Shown in pieces: positions 9,412-18,081 of a stretch of DNA of 64,000 nucleotides. This DNA comes from Thermodesulfobium acidiphilum (lineage in GTDB: Bacteria > Thermodesulfobiota > Thermodesulfobiia > Thermodesulfobiales > Thermodesulfobiaceae), in assembly GCF_003057965.1 (NCBI RefSeq), contig NZ_CP020921.1, positions 1,352,916 through 1,416,915 on the forward strand, given 5' to 3'. Both the position numbers and the translations under genes were made by a program. Below the pieces are notes generated by a model that was not told the DNA's origin, did no database searches, and saw nothing but the letters and a program-made list of their open reading frames with translations. Every line of letters starts with the position of its first letter. Position 1 is the first letter of the stretch.

Positions 9412-10193
9412 AAGATAAATCTGGTTTTACTCTTATTGAGCTAATGGTAACACTGATTATACTTGTGATAATCACAGCAGGAGTTACAGTGCTTCTTATC
9501 AACGCAAACAACACGCTTATCTCATCCCAAAACAGAAACATTACAAGCTCTGCTATCTCTACAGTTCAAATTCTTATGTCAAAAGACCTTACTCTGGCTG
9601 GCAGGGGTGTAAATCTGGACGTTGGTCAAAGTATAGCAAATGCCACTACGTTTGTTCCCGTACAGACTACTGGTGGGATAATCAGATTTAAGACTGCATG
9701 CGTTTATTATGATAGCTCAAATCCTTATAATACTTCTTATAAGATTGGAACAGATCCAAATAACCCTGTGTATGACGTTTCCTGTACTGCAAGCGATCTG
9801 ACGCCGAGGAAAGAGATAGAATATAGTTTAGAAAACAATCCGGATGGCTCAAAAAGCCTTCACAGAATCGTGACCTTTTATCGACAAGACTGGACTATAG
9901 TGGTGGGTAATCCAATAGACAATACAGTGACACCGAAAAATGTAAACGTAATAAGTGTTGTCCCTACCTGCTATAACTATTGTAGCGATTCAACCTGCTC
10001 ATCTATAGTAGATCCTCCACACACGGTTTCTTGCTCTATAAATAATACCAACCCAGTGGATCTGAGTAAAAACGTGCAAAGCATTCAAATTTCTATTACT
10101 CTGGAAGCCAACACCGGAGTCAGCCCTTCATTAAGAGGGAGTCAAACAGGGACATTTCAGGTTACTCCAATCTTTCTTGTAAGGGGGAATTAG
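9408..10193 (+). CDS. type IV minor pilin, PilW-like (cassette 2)
   Basis: KSG|FTLIELMVT; KDLTLAG; Cys-rich insertions; ATGA overlap with the upstream gene. Confidence 0.87.
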   Translation: MKDKSGFTLIELMVTLIILVIITAGVTVLLINANNTLISSQNRNITSSAISTVQILMSKDLTLAGRGVNLDVGQSIANATTFVPVQTTGGIIRFKTACVYYDSSNPYNTSYKIGTDPNNPVYDVSCTASDLTPRKEIEYSLENNPDGSKSLHRIVTFYRQDWTIVVGNPIDNTVTPKNVNVISVVPTCYNYCSDSTCSSIVDPPHTVSCSINNTNPVDLSKNVQSIQISITLEANTGVSPSLRGSQTGTFQVTPIFLVRGN

Positions 10194-10195
10194 AT

Positions 10196-12319
10196 GTGAA
10201 CAAAAATGGTTCTGCACTGATAATTGTCTTAATAATTATGACTTTGATATTAACTATTTCGGTGGCCATAGCAGCTCTAGGCATAAACCCAATTAAATTT
10301 GCAGCGCAAAATGCTCTATACGATCAGTCAGTTTATGCTGCACAGGATTTTTCGAGTAAATATATAAACGCTATAAAGCAGCAATTCGTAGCAAACCAAG
10401 GAATACCTCCAGATCCAAATAGTTTAGGAATCCCTACCAGCCAGCAATACAATACAAAGGGTACAGGAAATCCCAATATAGAGGTGGACTTAGCAAGCGC
10501 TGATTATGCATTTTACCCCGATCCAGCTAACTGGACAGATTGTCACTACGATCTTTCCTTTATAACAAAGGATCTAATCAGTGGGAAAAATGTATTGCAA
10601 TATAACGTACACTTTGACATAAACAACTCTCCCCCAAATGCAGCACTTCTTACTAATAAGGATTATCATTCAGGTGGAACTCAGGGCGGTAACTGGTGGC
10701 TGGGCGGCTTTAGCAGGGTGGTGGGACCATATTATACAAACGATGATATAGGCATCGCCTATTGGCAAAACGCAAACGCTAATGCGAAACCTCCTACTGC
10801 ACCGATGTTTGACGCTCTAAATAGATTCGTGCCCACTGCTCCAGCGCTTCCCGATCTGAGAGTGGGCGGACAAATTATATGGTATGGTAGCCAACCTGGT
10901 AGCTCTTCAGACTGGGAAAAGATTGCCTATCAGGGGAGCGCGGGCGTTAAAACAAATTACCCAAAATATTCTTTCGCTCAAAATGTCCTGAAGAGGGGAA
11001 TCAACCTTTTACCAGCAGAGGCTAAAGGGAACAGCACGCTAGCAGGAAGTAACAATAGCTTTGTAGCCTTTAATAGTGGATTTAGCTCAATTGTAGGAGG
11101 CAACTATTATTCCCTATATATAAATCCAAGTACAATAAACAACAATTATTCCGTGGATAAATTCGAGTTCTCTTCTATGAGGATGAACTTTCAGGTTAAT
11201 GGAAGACCAAAATATGCATCAACCTATCGAATTACCCTTTCGTCAAACTCAGGTGCGCAGTATAGGATATGGCTTATAGACATACCAAGAGATAGTGGTT
11301 CTACTGCTACTGATACTGAGCTATCCACGAAGATATTCTATGTTCAGAAATATAACAGTAAACTTGGCAAGTGGCTATATACGAATGATCCCCCATTTGC
11401 ATCCTGTCCCGCTGTTATAAATAGTGACAGGTGTAATCCTTATATAGTTACCGATCACACAGATTTTAATCTAATATACATAAATGGTCACGTTCAAGAA
11501 ATGCAAACAAGCACTCTGCCATCAAGCGACTACAATTCTCTAAGTGACCTGTACAACGCACTTACGCTTTCAGGACACGGGACTTCCTCAAGTGGCAATC
11601 TGGCAGATCTTGTAGCTGGTAAAGCTCCTGCTAACCCTCAAGATCCCAACAATCCCTGGCAATACTACGTATCTGGGAGGCTTACTGTGGCAGCAGCGGG
11701 CGATATTGTAATTGGAGACGGTGGGACCAATTATCTTAATTATAGTCTTACATATCCTGAGAGGCTCGTTAACCCTGACGGGAGCTTCACGTCGTATTCT
11801 GGGACAGATGATTCCAGATTTCTACTGGGTCTTGTGGCAAGAAATATATTCTTAAATGTAAAATCTAATGCCAGTAAACCTCCTTCCAAACCAGACTATG
11901 CTAATGATGGGACGAACGTTTCTGATAACCAAACTTACTCATTTGATGGACAGATCCTTACCTTTGGGACGCAAACGGGAAACAATGACAATACTATTCA
12001 GACAGGGGTATTTGATAATTATCACTATTATAGCAATGTGGCAAGTGGCAATCCTGCAAGCACCTCAAACTATCCATACTTCTCAGTGGGTTATGGCAGC
12101 GATAATTTGCTCGGATATGCCCTTACAAGAGGTATGTTAGTTGAGAACTGGCACGGGGTATGGGGCTTCTTCAATGGTAGCGCTCTGACAAATGGCTATC
12201 AAGATGAATATGTGTACGATAACCGCTTAAGATACTTTGTCACCCCATGGTTTCCGCTGCCAAAAAGCCCAAATATGTCGGCAAACTATAGCATGACGGT
12301 AGAGATAATAAAACTATGA
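10196..12319 (+). CDS. large PilX-like pilin / putative tip adhesin (cassette 2)
   Basis: KNG|SALIIVLII lacks Glu5; QSVYAAQ; GPYYTND; LTVAAAGDIVI; LGLVA; C-terminal GY...YVYDNRL....PWFP. Confidence 0.78.
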   Translation: MNKNGSALIIVLIIMTLILTISVAIAALGINPIKFAAQNALYDQSVYAAQDFSSKYINAIKQQFVANQGIPPDPNSLGIPTSQQYNTKGTGNPNIEVDLASADYAFYPDPANWTDCHYDLSFITKDLISGKNVLQYNVHFDINNSPPNAALLTNKDYHSGGTQGGNWWLGGFSRVVGPYYTNDDIGIAYWQNANANAKPPTAPMFDALNRFVPTAPALPDLRVGGQIIWYGSQPGSSSDWEKIAYQGSAGVKTNYPKYSFAQNVLKRGINLLPAEAKGNSTLAGSNNSFVAFNSGFSSIVGGNYYSLYINPSTINNNYSVDKFEFSSMRMNFQVNGRPKYASTYRITLSSNSGAQYRIWLIDIPRDSGSTATDTELSTKIFYVQKYNSKLGKWLYTNDPPFASCPAVINSDRCNPYIVTDHTDFNLIYINGHVQEMQTSTLPSSDYNSLSDLYNALTLSGHGTSSSGNLADLVAGKAPANPQDPNNPWQYYVSGRLTVAAAGDIVIGDGGTNYLNYSLTYPERLVNPDGSFTSYSGTDDSRFLLGLVARNIFLNVKSNASKPPSKPDYANDGTNVSDNQTYSFDGQILTFGTQTGNNDNTIQTGVFDNYHYYSNVASGNPASTSNYPYFSVGYGSDNLLGYALTRGMLVENWHGVWGFFNGSALTNGYQDEYVYDNRLRYFVTPWFPLPKSPNMSANYSMTVEIIKL

Positions 12320-12672
12320 AATATTTACTTTTTTCCCTAATCTTCTTATTTGTATTTTCTGGCTTGTCTCATGCTCTTATGTGGAGTCCAGACGATCCAA
12401 ATAGACCGAAGGTTATGCCAGAAAGCAGCGCTATGAGCAGCGAGAGTTCAAGTAAAGACCAGGAAATGACTAAAAATAACGATATGAATAATCAAGAAAG
12501 CACACAGCGCTACCAGAATAAAAATGTCCAAATTGCCAATAAAAATATGAATGTAACGAATCAAAATTACGAAGAAACAACCCCTGTAGTTTTTTATTTA
12601 CAGATGTTCGCAATACTTATAGGAGTTATTTTTAGCCTATTTTTATTTTTTAAGATTTTGCGCTCAAGATAG
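12316..12672 (+). CDS. exported protein with low-complexity linker and C-terminal membrane anchor
   Basis: Signal peptide ending SHA, S/N/Q-rich middle, C-terminal TM helix plus KILRSR; ATGA overlap with the upstream gene. Confidence 0.75.
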   Translation: MKYLLFSLIFLFVFSGLSHALMWSPDDPNRPKVMPESSAMSSESSSKDQEMTKNNDMNNQESTQRYQNKNVQIANKNMNVTNQNYEETTPVVFYLQMFAILIGVIFSLFLFFKILRSR

Positions 12673-12716
12673 AAATTTTCTAATTTTCTTGACATTAGAA
12701 AATTTTTTGATATATT
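12673..12716 (+). promoter_or_regulatory. promoter of the TonB-dependent receptor, overlapped by a 12-9-12 inverted repeat
   Basis: TTGACA (12689-12694)-N16-TATATT with extended TG; AAATTTTCTAAT-N9-ATTAGAAAATTT. Confidence 0.6.
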
Positions 12717-12745
12717 AAAATAAAATTAAAATTCTATTAGAAAAT

Positions 12746-12832
12746 GTCCTAAATGAATTAGGGCGCTTTTAAATTTATTAAATTTAGCATTAAAGCCATG
12801 AAGGCTTTTTGTCTTCATGGCTTATTTTTTTA
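12746..12832 (+). promoter_or_regulatory. leader attenuator: AUGAA-loop hairpins and an intrinsic terminator immediately before the SD
   Basis: 13-bp stem AAGCCATGAAGGC/GTCTTCATGGCTT followed by A(T)7; motif shared with the exbB leader. Confidence 0.65.
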
Positions 12833-12849
12833 AGGGAGGTAGAGGATAT

Positions 12850-14937
12850 TTGATTATTGTGTTAGTTTTTTTGTTTTTTGCTTTTTTTTATTCAGATTTG
12901 GCAGAAATTGGATTTTGTGATGACTCTTCTCAGTTTCAGGAGATTGTAGTCTACGGTAACAAGGAAAAAGAGAAAAATGCAGATGTGGTAAACGTATTCA
13001 AAGTAAACCCCGCTATGAGTTTTTCTATTACTGATTACCTCAAGGATATGGCAGGGGTAGAGATCTCAGAAAAATCACTTGTAGGAGACACGGGCGATGT
13101 GGTTAAGATCAGAGGTTTTGGGAATAGCAGATTGAAAGTATTCGAGAATGGAAGAGATATCAATGCCACAGGCGTTTATGGCGGCTTTTATGTGGACTGG
13201 AGCACCATACCGCCAATAAACGTTGACTCTATTAAGGTTATAAAAAGCGGCGTAGACGCTAAACTTGGAGTTTTAGGCGGCGCAATAGAGATTAAGAATA
13301 GAGTCCCGACTGGCACGCCAATAACAGAATTTTTTGGTTCATATGGGACTAGGGATACTCAAAATTACAGGTTTTATTTTGAAAACAAGATAAAGGATAT
13401 ACCCTTTAATATATCTATCGATCATCTCTCTTCTGACCCATTTTTACGAAACAATGATTTTCTATCAAACTCGTTTAACTTTTCCACGGTCATTCCAAAC
13501 GTTTTCGATGGTAAAATCAATGTCTCAGCTTATTATACAAAAGTAAAAAGAGGCCTTATAGTAAATAATAGAAAATCAAATGATCCTCAAAGCCCACTGT
13601 GGAATGTACCCATTGATCCATCATATCCCACATCACTTGGAGAATTTATGCCTCCTGGCGGAGGACCTACAAGAACGCCTGTAATGGGTGCGTACTGGCA
13701 AAAGGAAAAAACTCTTCTGGATCTGTCGTATGAACGAAAAATATTTGGATGGAATGCGAAGATTGCAGGCTTTACAAATAGGGAAGAAAGATACGAGGTA
13801 AATCCTGGGCTTCTTATAAGAGATCTAAAGCCTGATAAGACCGATGGATTCTATATGGATTTTAGCAAGGATTTTTCAAAGCACCACGTGAGATTTGGCT
13901 ATTACTTTAAAAATCAAGGCTCAGGGGACACATTTATAATTTATGAAAAAACAAACCCTCCCACTTACAATCAAAATAGCCCATCGAGCCAGAAGATAAT
14001 TTACAATTCAGCATATCTTGATGACAGATTTAAGATATCAAAGAGATCATCTCTTTATATGGGCGTAAGATACGATAGCTTTCACGCAGAGGGAGCACCC
14101 ATATTGCAGGATGGAAGAGGAACTTATGTTCAGGGTATATCTCTAACTGGCGATGCGATCACCCCAAGAATAAGCTTAGACTACGAGCTAACTAAAAACG
14201 ATACTGCAACTCTTTCAGTATTCAAATCTGCAAGGATGCCTACCAACCCTGAATACTATTGGTGGATCACAGGTTATAGCGGAGCAAAGCTCGCAAATGG
14301 TGCACCCGCTCCCGGTTATAGGCCAGTAAACTATCTTTTAAAGCCAGAAAAGGAGGACGCAGTAGAACTTAGCATTAAAGGAAAAAGGCTCGGAGTTGAC
14401 TACTCTATTAATGGCTATTATTATTCTATTCACGACTATATTATGTTTAGAATTGATCCAAATCCTACAAACAGAGTGGCTTACAACGTAGATGAAGTAA
14501 ATATATATGGAGCTGAAACAACGCTTAAAAAGAGAATAAAGGGCATTGATACGGTACTAACTTATACTTATCAGAAAAGCACAAAGGTTAACGACGCGCT
14601 TGACACCCAGCATCTGTTAAACGGTTTGGACTATTTTCCAAGAAGCATGGCGAATCTGACCTTTCAGAAAAAGTTTGATAACGGCTTGATTTTAGATTTT
14701 GACAATCACTACGTATCAAAGCAAAATTTGCTCTATGCACCAAATAGCAGTAAGCTTGAGCTTGTTTCGATAAAGCCATATTATACTGCAGACCTTGGGA
14801 TATCATACCTTGTACCAAAACACGACCTGAGGATGGATCTGATGATCTATGACATTTTTAATAAAAAGTATCAAGAGGTATTTGGGTATCCCATGCCAGG
14901 AAGAAGCGTATTTGGGTCTCTCACTCTAACTTTTTAA
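12850..14937 (+). CDS. TonB-dependent outer membrane receptor
   Basis: Signal peptide, EIVVYG TonB-box-like, plug motifs IRGFG and GGAIEI, GVRYD, LKPEK, C-terminal MPGR...LTF; TTG start after GGAGG. Confidence 0.93.
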   Translation: MIIVLVFLFFAFFYSDLAEIGFCDDSSQFQEIVVYGNKEKEKNADVVNVFKVNPAMSFSITDYLKDMAGVEISEKSLVGDTGDVVKIRGFGNSRLKVFENGRDINATGVYGGFYVDWSTIPPINVDSIKVIKSGVDAKLGVLGGAIEIKNRVPTGTPITEFFGSYGTRDTQNYRFYFENKIKDIPFNISIDHLSSDPFLRNNDFLSNSFNFSTVIPNVFDGKINVSAYYTKVKRGLIVNNRKSNDPQSPLWNVPIDPSYPTSLGEFMPPGGGPTRTPVMGAYWQKEKTLLDLSYERKIFGWNAKIAGFTNREERYEVNPGLLIRDLKPDKTDGFYMDFSKDFSKHHVRFGYYFKNQGSGDTFIIYEKTNPPTYNQNSPSSQKIIYNSAYLDDRFKISKRSSLYMGVRYDSFHAEGAPILQDGRGTYVQGISLTGDAITPRISLDYELTKNDTATLSVFKSARMPTNPEYYWWITGYSGAKLANGAPAPGYRPVNYLLKPEKEDAVELSIKGKRLGVDYSINGYYYSIHDYIMFRIDPNPTNRVAYNVDEVNIYGAETTLKKRIKGIDTVLTYTYQKSTKVNDALDTQHLLNGLDYFPRSMANLTFQKKFDNGLILDFDNHYVSKQNLLYAPNSSKLELVSIKPYYTADLGISYLVPKHDLRMDLMIYDIFNKKYQEVFGYPMPGRSVFGSLTLTF

Positions 14938-14941
14938 CCAC

Positions 14942-14982
14942 ATAAAAGCCCCCAACATAAAAAATTGGTTGGGGGTTTTTAT
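14942..14982. terminator. bidirectional intrinsic terminator
   Basis: AAAAGCCCCCAAC...GTTGGGGGTTTTT between convergent genes. Confidence 0.8.
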
Positions 14983-14983
14983 C

Positions 14984-15922
14984 TTAGTATTTTGTGTTTT
15001 TATCTCTTGCACCCCAGTATCCTGCAAGAGTAGAACCTGAGAGGTTGTGCCACACACTAAATATTGCACCAGGTAGTGCTGCTACAGGATTTAGATGTGC
15101 AATTGCAAGAGCGACAGCGAGAGCTGAGTTTTCCATACCCACCTCAAAAGCAATGGCCTTCGCTTTGTAGTGAGGCATTCTGGCTCCTCTTGCTATCCAA
15201 TATCCAAGACTAAGACCGAGTGAGTTATGCAGAATTACTGCAACAAAAGCTATCAGTGCTACTGTTGCTAGTTTTGCAGCACTTAAACCTACAACAATAG
15301 CTATTATAGCTATTATGCTGACTACTGAAATGACAGGGATTATTGTGATTATTTTTTTAATAAAGTTAGGTATAGTCATTCTAAGCATTATTCCAATTGC
15401 AATAGGCAAAAGTACTATCTTTAAAATATCAATAAAAAGACCACCTGGATCTATAGGGATAAATTTGCCTGCAAGGAATAAAAAAATAATTGGAGTAAGA
15501 AGTGGAGCTAAAAATGTATTTACGCTTGACACTGTAACAGAAAGTGCTGTATCGCCTTTAGAAAGAAATGTCATTACGTTTGACGCTGTGCCGCTTGGGC
15601 AGCATCCTACAAGAATCAAGCCAGCAGCGAGTTCGGGAGGAAGTCTAAGAAGCAGCGCAACAGAAAGCGCAACGCCAGGCATCACAAAGTATCTAATTAA
15701 AACGCCTAATAATATATCAAGAGGTCTGGTAAGAACTAATTTAAAGTCATCCAGAGTCAGAGTTAGTCCCATACCAAGCATTATTATCCCCAAAAGCCAT
15801 GGAATCCAGGAACCATAAGGCTTAAAAGGTTCAGGAAATAAAAACGCAACAACAGCAAAAATTACAACCCACAATGGAAATAGCTTTGTGATCCAATTGG
15901 AAACCCTTTCAAAAAATTCCAT
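14984..15922 (-). CDS. bile acid:sodium symporter family transporter (PanS-like)
   Basis: MLGMGLTL, GCCPSGTASNV, EVGMENSALA, FSVWHN. Confidence 0.9.
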   Translation of the reverse strand: MEFFERVSNWITKLFPLWVVIFAVVAFLFPEPFKPYGSWIPWLLGIIMLGMGLTLTLDDFKLVLTRPLDILLGVLIRYFVMPGVALSVALLLRLPPELAAGLILVGCCPSGTASNVMTFLSKGDTALSVTVSSVNTFLAPLLTPIIFLFLAGKFIPIDPGGLFIDILKIVLLPIAIGIMLRMTIPNFIKKIITIIPVISVVSIIAIIAIVVGLSAAKLATVALIAFVAVILHNSLGLSLGYWIARGARMPHYKAKAIAFEVGMENSALAVALAIAHLNPVAALPGAIFSVWHNLSGSTLAGYWGARDKNTKY

Positions 15923-16084
15923 TTACCCTCCTTAGTTTGTCAGATAATATGATAAAAAAAATATAATATTTAGTATAAATTATTTTATAATATTTTTCTA
16001 TGTTGAAAAGTTTACTTTTACAAAATCTTTATTATAAAATGCAATTATTAATAGGGACGAGAGTAAAGTAAATTTAAATTATTA

Positions 16085-16495
16085 TTATAATTCTTTATAC
16101 TCCACATAAGGCTTTATGTCCAAAATAGGCGTGCCATCTAACATATCAAGCCTTTTAACTTTTATTATATTTTCTGATTTATCCAGGACCTCAAGAACAG
16201 AAAGTCCTATTGGGTTTGGCCTGTATGGTGAACATATACTGAATACTCCCATTTTTATACCTATATGAGGTGGAGATTGAATAAGTTTTTCTTGAGAAAA
16301 AGGAGGAGATTTGTGAAAACAAAAAATTACACATATCTTATCTTTTGGCTTTATATCCCTAATTCCATCTTTATACTCAGGTAAGATAACCAGCTCTCCT
16401 TCAATATCAGAAACGCTCCAATGTCTGGGAACGCTAACAGAGCTATTTTTTACATAGCCAATTGGCACAAAGTTGCATTCAATTTTATTTTTCAT
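16085..16495 (-). CDS. TrmO/TsaA (YaeB)-family SAM-binding methyltransferase, single domain
   Basis: PIGYV, GVFS.CSP.RPNPIGLS, LDMLDGTPILDIKPY. Confidence 0.9.
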   Translation of the reverse strand: MKNKIECNFVPIGYVKNSSVSVPRHWSVSDIEGELVILPEYKDGIRDIKPKDKICVIFCFHKSPPFSQEKLIQSPPHIGIKMGVFSICSPYRPNPIGLSVLEVLDKSENIIKVKRLDMLDGTPILDIKPYVEYKEL

Positions 16496-16551
16496 ATTTT
16501 TCTCCTTTTTTATATATTTTGGAACTATACTCCTCCTTTGTAAATCATTAA

Positions 16552-17229
16552 CTAATCTTCTAACACAAATCTAATAGGTAAAATTGCCCTTGATTTAACA
16601 AATGCTCCGTTTTCTATAGCCGCCCTAAAAGTTGATTGTTTTACAGCATTTATTGCAGCCTGAGCAAAATCATCATTTGTGCTATTTAGCACCCTAACAC
16701 TTATAAGTCGACCATTTTCGTCAATTAATAACTCTAATACTACTTTACCTTCGATTCCCAGTCTTTTTTCTCTTAGGGGATATTCAGGAATTACCCTCTT
16801 TATAAATTTTGGACCATCTGATGAATCAAATGTTTTCGAATATATCTTATTGTTGCTTTCTCTTGGAGAGCCATCCTTAATCCCTCTATCCATTTTTTCA
16901 TTGTTTGAAAAGCCAGTGTTAACTTGACGTGAAATATCTACAGCCGAAATTTGAGAGGTAACTAAATTATTTATATTTACAGCTTGTGTACTATTAGAAA
17001 CCTTTTGAAGATTTGGCTCGGTTACATTTTTCTCTAAAGTTTTGCTGCTATTATCTTTACTACTTTTTTTATTTACAGCTTTTTGATTTTCTTGAAGAGA
17101 ATTTAGACTCATAATAAATATCGGTTCACTCTTTATAACGTTAGTAGCTCCCACTAGAAAAACAGTGCCAAAGAGTAATAAGTGAAATACTATGGAAAAA
17201 ACAAAACTAAGAGAAAGTCTTCTGTTCAA
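16552..17229 (-). CDS. tonB: energy transducer TonB
   Basis: TM helix with SIVFH motif, linker, C-terminal PEYP...GIEGKV domain. Confidence 0.9.
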   Translation of the reverse strand: MNRRLSLSFVFSIVFHLLLFGTVFLVGATNVIKSEPIFIMSLNSLQENQKAVNKKSSKDNSSKTLEKNVTEPNLQKVSNSTQAVNINNLVTSQISAVDISRQVNTGFSNNEKMDRGIKDGSPRESNNKIYSKTFDSSDGPKFIKRVIPEYPLREKRLGIEGKVVLELLIDENGRLISVRVLNSTNDDFAQAAINAVKQSTFRAAIENGAFVKSRAILPIRFVLED

Positions 17230-17636
17230 ATCCTTTCGTCCTTAAGCGTTTCTATGTTGTATCTTTCTATCCCAGCAGCCCTACACGCATCAATAGCCTT
17301 TACAACATAGCCAAACTGAGTATTTTTGTCAGCACGAATTTTTATTATTATATTTGGGTTATTTGCCTTAAGAGTTCTTAGCGTTTCAGTAATCAATTTT
17401 GGGTCAGTTTTATCTTCATTTATAAACATCGTCCCATCACTTTTTATGGTAAGCGGGATATCCTTAAGCTCTTCCTTTATAACTGCAGTCTTAGCCTGTG
17501 GCAAATCAATCGGGATGGCCCCCTGGGCTATCAGGGTAGCAGTAACCAAGAATATTATAAGTATGACCAAAACCACATCTACCAATGGGACAACGTTTAT
17601 TTCTGCTATTTCGTCGTCATGATTTGGGTTGTGCAT
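17226..17636 (-). CDS. exbD: biopolymer transport protein ExbD/TolR
   Basis: EINVVPLVDVVLVILIIF, DLP, IRADK. Confidence 0.92.
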   Translation of the reverse strand: MHNPNHDDEIAEINVVPLVDVVLVILIIFLVTATLIAQGAIPIDLPQAKTAVIKEELKDIPLTIKSDGTMFINEDKTDPKLITETLRTLKANNPNIIIKIRADKNTQFGYVVKAIDACRAAGIERYNIETLKDERI

Positions 17637-18072
17637 TATTTATATGCTCCTCATATGCATAGCTCAAATCTCTTGCTTTTCTAACAAAATAGTTGTATGC
17701 AATTACACATGGCACAGCAACAAATAGCCCCAGTGCAGTAGAGCTAAGCGCCTCTGCAATGCCATTCATCACCACTCTTACTCCAAAATCTTGCGAAATG
17801 GCAAGATCGTGAAATGCCTTCATAATTCCAAGAACTGTGCCAAATAGACCGATAAAAGGTGCATTACTGCCAACAGTTGCAAAAAAACCAAGCCTTTTGT
17901 TAAGAATCGATCTTAGATCAGAAGGAGTATAACTAAAGAGTTCCTTTTCAATTTTTCGCATAAAAAATATTTTTTCGAAAATAAAAGCAACAGATATAAC
18001 GCTTAAAATTATTAAGAGCACTAAAACAGGATCCCCACCTACCATTGCAAGATTTAATATTAACTTTGCCAT
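17617..18072 (-). CDS. exbB: MotA/TolQ/ExbB proton channel protein (compact)
   Basis: APFIGLFGTVLGI, GIAEAL.STALGL.VAVP; ATG 18072 after GGAGG. Confidence 0.92.
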   Translation of the reverse strand: MAKLILNLAMVGGDPVLVLLIILSVISVAFIFEKIFFMRKIEKELFSYTPSDLRSILNKRLGFFATVGSNAPFIGLFGTVLGIMKAFHDLAISQDFGVRVVMNGIAEALSSTALGLFVAVPCVIAYNYFVRKARDLSYAYEEHINNAQPKS

Positions 18073-18081
18073 AATTCCTCC

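Noticed and set aside
6567-12319. Invertible (shufflon) or DGR-type diversification of the pilin tips
   Set aside because: All genes are co-oriented; no recombinase, reverse transcriptase, or repeated recombination/template sequences were seen
12720-12840. Cobalamin, TPP or Moco riboswitch upstream of the TonB receptor
   Set aside because: No B12-box or other recognisable aptamer core; the leader is short and AT-rich
15315-15818. Long antisense ORFs here and at 31927-32319, 32942-33376, 46251-46658 and 51101-51484
   Set aside because: Fully overlap well-supported genes on the opposite strand and lack motifs
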